From the IMG/VR virus record IMGVR_UViG_3300018914_000001, positions 1 through 64,000 of that record: a stretch of 64,000 nucleotides of DNA; one strand, 5' to 3'. Below are positions 32,574-39,515 of this stretch, in pieces. The notes under the pieces were generated by a model. The model saw only the letters and a program-made list of their open reading frames with translations, was not told where the DNA came from and made no database searches. Made by a program: the position numbers and the translations under genes. Numbering within the stretch: the first letter of the stretch is position 1; each line of letters starts with the position of its first letter. The stretch comes from a virus (Duplodnaviria; Caudoviricetes).

Positions 32574-32648
32574 TGGCGAGTATGCAATGGAGTTCAACCA
32601 TTGTGCCTGTGGTTACGCGACCAAGGACAGGCTTAATCTTTCACACTC
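32574..32648 (-). ncRNA. Degenerate tRNA-like RNA lacking a D arm
   Basis: GAGTGTG/CATACTC-GCCA acceptor and CAATGG-TTGAACT-CCATTG T-like arm. Confidence 0.45.
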
Positions 32649-32689
32649 ATAGGACGCGCATGAGAGAGTCGAACTCTCAACAGTGATAT

Positions 32690-32764
32690 TGGTGCGGGAG
32701 ACAGGACTCGAACCTGCATAGGCTAGCTCCCAAGGCTAGTGGTCAACCTTTGACCCACTCCCAC
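32690..32764 (-). tRNA. tRNA-Pro (TGG), atypical acceptor
   Basis: CTAGC-CTTGGGA-GCTAG, TTCGAGT loop, ACCA end. Confidence 0.7.
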
Positions 32765-32996
32765 ATAAAATCTGTGCGGGCTGTTCTTTGGCGACAACCC
32801 GCCTTTACCACATGTATACTTTAGCCAATGGTCATGACTTCCGCTATCGCATACAGTACAATCTAGTGCGTCAGATTGTTTACGGAAAGGTTTTTCAATC
32901 AACTAGTATCGCGGAAACCTTCGAACCTATGCCCTCATCCCCTTTGGCACGTGTGGCTCTCCCCGCAAAACCATGAGAGCTTTCCCATCTCACTAC

Positions 32997-33119
32997 CTAA
33001 CAGTCGCCACCGCCACTGTCACAGCTTCCATTGTCAGAGCCGCCATCATCGCCGCCCCAATCACCTCCACCGCCACCAGTTGGGCGCGGTCTACGCTTTG
33101 TGTTGTTGAATCGTTCCAT
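32997..33119 (-). CDS. Small Gly/Asp-rich peptide (40 aa)
   Basis: MERFNNTKRRPRPTGGGGGDWGGDDGGSDNGSCDSGGGDC; GGAGG RBS. Confidence 0.55.
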   Translation of the reverse strand: MERFNNTKRRPRPTGGGGGDWGGDDGGSDNGSCDSGGGDC

Positions 33120-33154
33120 TGTACAACGCCTCCAAATATTTGTTAGGTATTACT

Positions 33155-33229
33155 TGGCACACCCTGCTGGAGTCGAACCAACGTCTCAGGATTCGTAGTC
33201 CTGCGCTCTATCCATTGAGCTAAGGATGT
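33155..33229 (-). tRNA. tRNA-Arg (ACG)
   Basis: CAGGA-CTACGAA-TCCTG, GCCA end. Confidence 0.9.
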
Positions 33230-33272
33230 ATAAGGTGGAAGCTCAAAGCTACGACTTCCACCAAAGCTTTGA

Positions 33273-33365
33273 TGATGAGGATTGAGAGGACTCGAACCTC
33301 CACGAAGCCGCTAAGCCTCACACCCGCCACATGGATGCGCGTCTGCCAATTTCGCCACATTCCTC
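33273..33365 (-). tRNA. Atypical tRNA: GTG anticodon, 8-nt acceptor strand, long variable arm
   Basis: Leu-like D arm and V arm; CATCC-ATGTGGC-GGGTG; no encoded CCA. Confidence 0.5.
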
Positions 33366-33370
33366 ATAGG

Positions 33371-33449
33371 CTCAGGGGGTTGGATTCGAACCAACGAACA
33401 GCGAGTCGCGACACTCACACTGGCATCTGCCGCTTAATGCTACCCCTGA
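33371..33449 (-). ncRNA. tRNA-like RNA with aberrant extended anticodon arm
   Basis: TCAGGGG/CCCCTGA, D and T arms present; no 7-nt anticodon loop. Confidence 0.45.
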
Positions 33450-33459
33450 ATAGATAATA

Positions 33460-33791
33460 ATTGCTGACTATTCAGCCACGCAGTAACCCATAGGTCAATC
33501 ATACCAAGCACCCATAGACTGTTAATCGTGGATTTAATCGAACTTTCGAAACCTCAGTCCTAAGCTTTGACTCGCCCTATCATTTGGGCATTCAAGAAGA
33601 ATTTTGAGTCTTCAGCTTTAACCACTTGAACTTTGAGATTTGAGCTTTCATCAGCATTTGTAGAATTTCATCAAATATGATGTAACCTCAATATCTTTTT
33701 CCTGAATAAAGGAAACCAAGTAGTTAGATACTATTTTAACGTAAATAGTGGACGAGTATTGAGTTTATGAGTGTTTCGAATAGCCAGCAAT
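33460..33791 (-). ncRNA. 332-nt candidate ncRNA with terminal 14-bp helix and heptamer repeats
   Basis: ATTGCTGGCTATTC/GAATAGTCAGCAAT; TYAAAGY-like units at 33601-33650 and 33543-33570. Confidence 0.55.
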
Positions 33792-33821
33792 CAGTTTATG
33801 TAACCCTGACTAGTAAACTAC

Positions 33822-34445
33822 CTAGTCAGGAATCACAATTTTGGTGATCGTGTTGCTTTCAGACAGAGTAAAATCAACTTCGTTCAAGAACTCAGCGATT
33901 TCCTTCTCCATCTTCTCAATCTTCTCACGAAGATTGTTGACAGAAACGAGCTTCGCTTGGTTCTGCTCCAAGAAGGGCTTGGACGTAGACTCGTATTGCT
34001 CTGTCGAGACTTTGGTGTCCTTGCCGAACGTGGACTTAATCAGTTCGTCAAGACGAATCTGAACTTGCTCATTCTCACGTTCAACTCTTGCAACAGCTTG
34101 GTTATACTCAGTGCGAAGCTTGCTCAGCAAGGTCTGCTCATAGACAATCGAAGACTTGCGCTCGATTGCTTCTGCAACAGACATCTCTTTGCCGCCAATC
34201 GTAACCATCGTTACAGCGTTAGACGCTACGATGGCAGACTTGATAGCCTTACGGCGTTCCATCAAGTCAAGGATAGATTGCAAGTGAGATTCTTGCTTCT
34301 TCACGAACTCATCGTTCGAGGTGTAGCCAGTAACCACTTTCTTGCCAGTGGTCATTACAGCGAACTTTCCGCTGTGAATCGTGCTGTTGATACGCGAGTC
34401 AAGCAATTTCAACTCTGCAAGACCGCGAGTTACAGAAATATCCAT
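33822..34445 (-). CDS. Helical-hairpin coiled-coil protein (resembles DIP1984-like family)
   Basis: S+..+LAELKLL..RI start, IK.AI..SNA.T.V.I, ++SVAEAI, EVD..LS.SN..T.I end. Confidence 0.6.
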   Translation of the reverse strand: MDISVTRGLAELKLLDSRINSTIHSGKFAVMTTGKKVVTGYTSNDEFVKKQESHLQSILDLMERRKAIKSAIVASNAVTMVTIGGKEMSVAEAIERKSSIVYEQTLLSKLRTEYNQAVARVERENEQVQIRLDELIKSTFGKDTKVSTEQYESTSKPFLEQNQAKLVSVNNLREKIEKMEKEIAEFLNEVDFTLSESNTITKIVIPD

Positions 34446-34482
34446 GTGGATGATTCCACCTTTCGTTTGAATTTTGAATATA

Positions 34483-34573
34483 TGGCGGCGGGTGAGGGGA
34501 TCGAACCCCCGCTACAGTTCTCCTGTAGTCACCTGTTTTCAAGACAGGAGCATTACCACTCTGCCAACCCGCC
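34483..34573 (-). tRNA. tRNA-Ser (TGA)
   Basis: CT-TGA-AA loop, long V arm, GCCA end. Confidence 0.9.
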
Positions 34574-34579
34574 ATATTG

Positions 34580-34973
34580 TTGTGAGCCAGCCAGCACGAT
34601 CCGTTACTAGCCAACCCACAACCGAATTGTGTTAGCCCCACCATCTACATCATCACTCGCTCTCGCGAATCTTTGCGTACTGCCACTTGTAGGAGCTACC
34701 TACTTCGCCGTACTGCTATGCCAAAGGGATGATGCCCACGCTAACACTCACGCACTGAGTAGGATTTTATTTGCAGTGTGTGACCTCGCCTGATTAGCCT
34801 TGCGACTCATCCCTACTGACTATCGCAATGTTACACTAACGCATTTTCAGGCTACAACTTGCATGAGATTTCGGACACTCCGACCACTCAATGTTGACGT
34901 GACATAACACAATCATCAAAGTCTCACTGAGAAGACTTGTATCATTAGGCAATTGCCTGTGTGATACTCACAA
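34580..34973 (-). ncRNA. ~394-nt candidate structured ncRNA
   Basis: TTGTGAG/CTCACAA closing helix, many hairpins including GNRA tetraloops, no credible ORF. Confidence 0.5.
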
Positions 34974-34980
34974 AATTTGC

Positions 34981-35035
34981 TAGGCGCATTCATTCCTCTA
35001 TGCACGAAGTTTGGTTTGATTGCTGTTAGCGCCTA
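34981..35035 (-). ncRNA. ACAGCA-stem RNA #9
   Basis: TAGGCGC-TA-ACAGCAA...GCGCCTA. Confidence 0.65.
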
Positions 35036-35043
35036 TGACTGGG

Positions 35044-35343
35044 TTACTTACCCCAAATTCTTGTGATGATTTTATGACCTTTTTCGTCACGTTTGAACCA
35101 GTCAGGTTTGTGCATTAATGGCGGTTTCTGGCGAAAGTTCACCAGAAGATGAACGTCTGCTTTGTCGCCAGTGACTTTGAAGCCCTCAGACTTCAATTTT
35201 GCCACCCAATCAGCGGCATTGTCTTCCGCTTCAGAGCGTGTTGCACCAGCATCTTGCAGAATAACATCTTTTTCAGTCACTTCAATAGTGTCGCCAATCT
35301 TATTACGCTTGGTGACATGTGCAGTTGCGTAAAACTTATTCAT
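35044..35343 (-). CDS. Hypothetical protein
   Basis: ORF with AAGGAG RBS, sandwiched between two ACAGCA RNAs. Confidence 0.6.
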   Translation of the reverse strand: MNKFYATAHVTKRNKIGDTIEVTEKDVILQDAGATRSEAEDNAADWVAKLKSEGFKVTGDKADVHLLVNFRQKPPLMHKPDWFKRDEKGHKIITRIWGK

Positions 35344-35380
35344 ATAATACACTCCTTTAGGGGTGAATTTTCGAGATCAC

Positions 35381-35448
35381 AAGACGCTGTTTGCTTGGGT
35401 GCAAAATTAAAAGTTTTGTCCAATAGTTGTAGTTGCTGTAAGCGTCCT
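35381..35448 (-). ncRNA. ACAGCA-stem RNA #10 carrying a Lys(TTT) anticodon stem-loop
   Basis: AGGACGCT-T-ACAGCAA...CAAAA-CTTTTAA-TTTTG...AGCGTCTT. Confidence 0.65.
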
Positions 35449-35453
35449 TTGCT

Positions 35454-35541
35454 TGGCGGGTAGAACAGGATTCGAACCTGTGGGGCTGTGACACCCACCA
35501 GCTTTCCAAGCTGGCTCTTTAAACCACTCAGACATCTACCC
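35454..35541 (-). tRNA. tRNA-Ser (GGA)
   Basis: TT-GGA-AA loop, long V arm, GCCA end. Confidence 0.88.
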
Positions 35542-35548
35542 ATTTCAA

Positions 35549-35641
35549 TGGCGGATGGAGAGGGATTCGAACCCTCGCGGCAACTCATCGTCACCCTAGC
35601 TGGTTAGCAACCAGCCCTCTTCACCACTTGAGTACCCATCC
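35549..35641 (-). tRNA. tRNA-Ser (GCT)
   Basis: TT-GCT-AA loop, long V arm, GCCA end. Confidence 0.9.
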
Positions 35642-35646
35642 ATCAC

Positions 35647-35702
35647 TAGGCACTATCACATGTTCGATTAAAAGTCGAGTGTGTAATTGCTGTTAGTGCC
35701 TA
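35647..35702 (-). ncRNA. ACAGCA-stem RNA #11 carrying a Lys(TTT) anticodon stem-loop
   Basis: TAGGCACTA-ACAGCAA...TCGA-CTTTTAA-TCGA...TAGTGCCTA. Confidence 0.7.
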
Positions 35703-35709
35703 TATAGTT

Positions 35710-36162
35710 TTAGGTCACATGTGACCATAATTTGTATCTTCGTATTGCTGATATAGTTGAATGATGAACCCCATATTTTAATGCCAAGGAAGTATTCGTA
35801 CTTACCTTATCACTTCTGATTGCTCGAACGTCATCCTCTGTTAGTGTAGATTGAGGATTCTTGTTACCTTTCGTTGAACGATCACGTTCAACCATATCAT
35901 GCATATTTTGAACATGTGTTCCTAGTTCAAGATGTTCAGGATTAATGCACATTGGGTTGTCACATTTATGACGAACTAACATGTTATCAGGTATTTCACC
36001 AAAACATTGTTCGTAAATATGCCTGTGCATATAAGTTTTAATACGTATGCCTTTAATCATCTGTTGATGTAAGATATAGCCATCTTTCTTACGCGAGGCA
36101 TGAGATGTACAGATAAAGCAGTTATTCTCATCAATAACGAACTCTACTGGCTTTCTACTCAT
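35710..36162 (-). mobile_element. Free-standing HNH homing endonuclease
   Basis: HR..Y, VRHKCDNPMCINPEHLELGT..QN..D, C-terminal HTH. Confidence 0.85.
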
Positions 36163-36187
36163 CTCATTCACCTCCTTTGAAAATCTG

Positions 36188-36264
36188 TGGAGGCGCATGG
36201 GGGAATCGAACCCTCCGAATCGTAGATTGAAAGTCTACTGTGTTATCCACTTCACCAATGCGCC
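36188..36264 (-). tRNA. tRNA-Glu (TTC)
   Basis: GTAGA-CTTTCAA-TCTAC, CCA end. Confidence 0.85.
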
Positions 36265-36272
36265 ATACTTCG

Positions 36273-36346
36273 TGGAGACAGGAATGGGATTCGAACCCAC
36301 TAACCTTAGAGTTGCAATCCAAGTCCAGTCCAAACTGGCTCCTGCC
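36273..36346 (-). tRNA. tRNA-Cys (GCA)
   Basis: TT-GCA-AC loop, U73 discriminator, CCA end. Confidence 0.8.
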
Positions 36347-36351
36347 ATGAT

Positions 36352-36411
36352 TGGGGAGAGGATGCGGATTTGCACCGCTCCTAGGATACTAGCTCGAAAG
36401 CCATCCTCTCC
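36352..36411 (-). ncRNA. 60-nt minimal tRNA-like RNA
   Basis: GGAGAGGAT/ATCCTCTCC-CCA, GCGG-TGCAAAT-CCGC T-like arm, tiny internal hairpins. Confidence 0.5.
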
Positions 36412-36418
36412 ATGATAC

Positions 36419-36484
36419 TAGGCGCAATCACTTGGTTCACAGATTGTTAGTCCGTTATATAGCGAGAATTGCTGTTTGCGCCTA
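36419..36484 (-). ncRNA. ACAGCA-stem RNA #12 carrying an AAC anticodon-like stem-loop
   Basis: TAGGCGCAA-ACAGCAA...ACGGA-CTAACAA-TCTGT...TTGCGCCTA. Confidence 0.65.
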
Positions 36485-37149
36485 CAATAATCAGAGGATT
36501 AATCTAAATCATTGCTGATAACGTTTATCTTGTCGTAACCAATTGTAAAGCGTTTAAACCTTAATGTCAACTTCTTTGAGTCTTTCCAATTACCACAAGA
36601 GGTACAATAAGCAACTCTGCCATGTTCTACGTTAGTGAAATTGTCTTCACTTCCGCATTCGCAGACAACTATCAACTTTATCATGGCATTATCGCCCCTT
36701 TCATTACCCGAAGTAGTGACATTTACTATCTTACCACATTGCCGCCAACCTGTCAACATCTTTTTTGTCAGAGTATCGGGCTTGCAATAAGTAAAGGATT
36801 TTGTGAGTCGTTTGAGGAGATGCGCGACTCCTCCTCAAACTCAAAGCTCTCATCTCTGTGCAAAAGCAAAGTGCATTCAATCTCCATCTTATGAAGAGTG
36901 TAGGGGCACTATTCAGAAAGCAAGTGGAGATTGATTTGAAGGATGCCCTTGGCTCATCCTTACATTCACTATGTTATCATACCATTGCGCTAGTGTCAAC
37001 AACAAATTTTGGAGTCTTTTCGCAAAAGTACGGGAATTTTTAAAAAGGTGGCATACCTTTTTGTAGGTATGCCCAATGGAGAGAAGAGGAGATAGATATG
37101 TAGCTCAGTTCCTGCTACTCTTTTATCATACCATCATCTAATAGAGATG

Positions 37150-37566
37150 TCAACTCTCCTCGTTTCCTTTTTTCTCGTTACATCGGGTACACATAGGCTG
37201 GTAGTTTTCAATTACGTCCAGCCCCCCTTTAGAACGTGGAATAATATGGTCTTTGGTCATTAAAACCTCATTTCCATCTTCATCCAACGCATAGAGGTTA
37301 AAGTGATAATTGCGATCATACTCAGAGTGCTTCTCCTTGGCAAAGAAGGCTCCTTTGATACCGCATGTTACGCAATCGCAACCCTTTTCCTTGAAGACAT
37401 ACAAGCGTTGAGATGACATCTTGATCTCGTCACCATCAAAGTTGTAACGAAGCTTCTCGTAGCGAGTTTTACCATCCACAATAGACTTGACATGTCCACG
37501 TGGACGATCAGGGCAAACAATATGAGGCAATACAGCTTCAAGCGGATAGATGCTTTTGCGAATCAT
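37150..37566 (-). CDS. HNH endonuclease
   Basis: CVTCG, TKDHIIPRSKGG...NYQPMCTRCNEKKG. Confidence 0.85.
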   Translation of the reverse strand: MIRKSIYPLEAVLPHIVCPDRPRGHVKSIVDGKTRYEKLRYNFDGDEIKMSSQRLYVFKEKGCDCVTCGIKGAFFAKEKHSEYDRNYHFNLYALDEDGNEVLMTKDHIIPRSKGGLDVIENYQPMCTRCNEKKGNEES

Positions 37567-37667
37567 ATAGCCTCCCCCTTTGCTTCATTGCAAGTTTTAC
37601 ACATTGGTGATTCCTCCTAGAAAAAATATATCCCTATCATATAAAATAATAGGGATAATGTCAATAG

Positions 37668-38708
37668 TTATTTTGCACTAGTATCTGCTTCGTGAAGAAA
37701 CATCAGCTTTTGGAACGTTTGCTCTCCTACAAAGTTTTTGAATTTTTCGACTGCTTTTTCTTTCACGTCTTTATATTGCATCAAACGCATATGATATTGA
37801 ACAAGTTCAACAACACGCAATATGGTGTCGATATCATAGCCCCATCTTTGCAGAACAAGAGCCGCAATTTGAGCAGAAACATTCTCATGCCCAATAAAAT
37901 TTGCATAGCGACCATTAAATTCCTTGGTGTAGCCTTTACCTACATCATGGAACAGAGCCGCAAGCATCATCTCTGTTTTGCCCTCAGACATGCCAAAGAC
38001 CTGTTCATAATGCTCATAGGTATAACTCATGGCATGATAGATGTGTCTGGAGACAGAAAAGGCATGGTATTTGCTGTCCTGCGGAAGATTGATACATGGC
38101 TTAAACTCAGGCGCGAGAGTGAGAAGCCAATTAAAGAATTTGTCGTGTTCAATAGCCCCAAATTGAGAAAGAGTAGCATCAACAGCATGACGCCAATCGA
38201 CACGAATTGGGTCTACAAACTTCATAAATTTAATCAAGTCCCACCCCTCAGAATATGTAGGAACTTGCAATCCTTTATACATTTTTCTGATGACTTCTTC
38301 GCCCACAGAACGATCACGAATGCTATCTCTGAAAATACACTTTCCAACAGACGTGTTGAAGTACACAGCGGTAGCCGCAAGGTGATGCTTTGCCATTTCC
38401 TTCAGCAGAGAAGTGCGCCGCTTAGCAGAGGTGTTGGTAGCATCATAAATTACGTTGATGCCTTTCTGAAGGTTTTCTTTAACACGACTATGCAAAAGTT
38501 CAAAGACTTTAGCATGAGATTCGCCTACAGTCTCGCAATTGGGCAGAAGTTGCGTAGCCTCATCTCCTGACAACTCTTTCCGAATATCATCAGAGGAAAG
38601 CCATACAGTATTTTCTTTATTCTCTTGCATGTACCGCTTTGCCCATGTGGTTTTACCAGAAGCAGGAAGACCTACCAAAACGATCAATTCACCTTTATTC
38701 GACATCAT
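37668..38708 (-). CDS. Polynucleotide kinase (P-loop) fused to an HD domain
   Basis: GLPASGKTT, SSDDIR, DATN..R; C-terminal H...HDVGK...HE..SA...HM...AD. Confidence 0.85.
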   Translation of the reverse strand: MMSNKGELIVLVGLPASGKTTWAKRYMQENKENTVWLSSDDIRKELSGDEATQLLPNCETVGESHAKVFELLHSRVKENLQKGINVIYDATNTSAKRRTSLLKEMAKHHLAATAVYFNTSVGKCIFRDSIRDRSVGEEVIRKMYKGLQVPTYSEGWDLIKFMKFVDPIRVDWRHAVDATLSQFGAIEHDKFFNWLLTLAPEFKPCINLPQDSKYHAFSVSRHIYHAMSYTYEHYEQVFGMSEGKTEMMLAALFHDVGKGYTKEFNGRYANFIGHENVSAQIAALVLQRWGYDIDTILRVVELVQYHMRLMQYKDVKEKAVEKFKNFVGEQTFQKLMFLHEADTSAK

Positions 38709-39515
38709 CAATCGCTCCTCCGTCATAATGGTAATCAAGGTAATAATAGTAATCGTAACATCCTCTGCATCCATCAGCAAATTCTCCACGTGAAAATGTT
38801 GCTGAAGTTCCATCTGTAAATTTCAGTGTTACAGATTCTGCTTCGATACCGCCAGCGTCAGTAATTTCATCAAGAGCTACATCTTCAATCGTCTTACCCT
38901 TCATCTTCTGAAGTCTTTGAACTATGTAGTCTATCTGCCTCTGACGTTTTTGTTTCTCTTGCTCTTTTTTAACACGTTCTGCTTCTTGCTGTGCTAAGGC
39001 TCTCTCCCTAGATTTTTTAGCAAGCTCCCTTTCATTGCAAGCACCGCATTTGCCAAACCTCTGACTTTCGAATGTTGACATTGCGCTACCGCAATTACAA
39101 AATGATATGCCATTCAAACTACTAATCACTCTCCTTTCTTACACCTACTTTCTCCCATACAGATTTTCCAAGCTCATAACCAAGCCTAAAATCCTCAATC
39201 TTCAGAACAAGTTGACAGCTTTGTTCGCTATCGCCGTCAAACCCACAAATAACTCCACGCACAAAATCCTGTCCAAATTCCCCCATCGCAACATGAATAA
39301 TATCAACATTGACTCCCTTTCTACGAATATCAAATTTCTTTTCATAGTAGGCTCCAAGGGCACAAGCACAGCCATTTCTCAGAGTTAAACGTTGGCGTGG
39401 AGTCAGTCCAGTCTCCTCGTATGCTTGAACAATTTCTTCAACAGTTGGAAAAGTCACTTTATGCTTGTTCATTTTTCTCCACCCTTTCGTTGTAGGATTA
39501 GCAAGTTCAGCGAGA

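Noticed and set aside
32651-32683. Isolated T arm plus acceptor 3' strand as a tRNA gene or attachment site
   Set aside because: No matching 5' half or duplicate in the window; treated as a tRNA remnant
29267-36484. ACAGCA elements as a CRISPR array or transposon ends
   Set aside because: Irregular spacing, only 6-7 nt identical, variation is compensatory within an RNA helix, and there is no cas or transposase gene
38783-38798. CCACGTGAAA as a fourth parS
   Set aside because: Outer TGTT/ACA arms do not match and it lies inside a coding region
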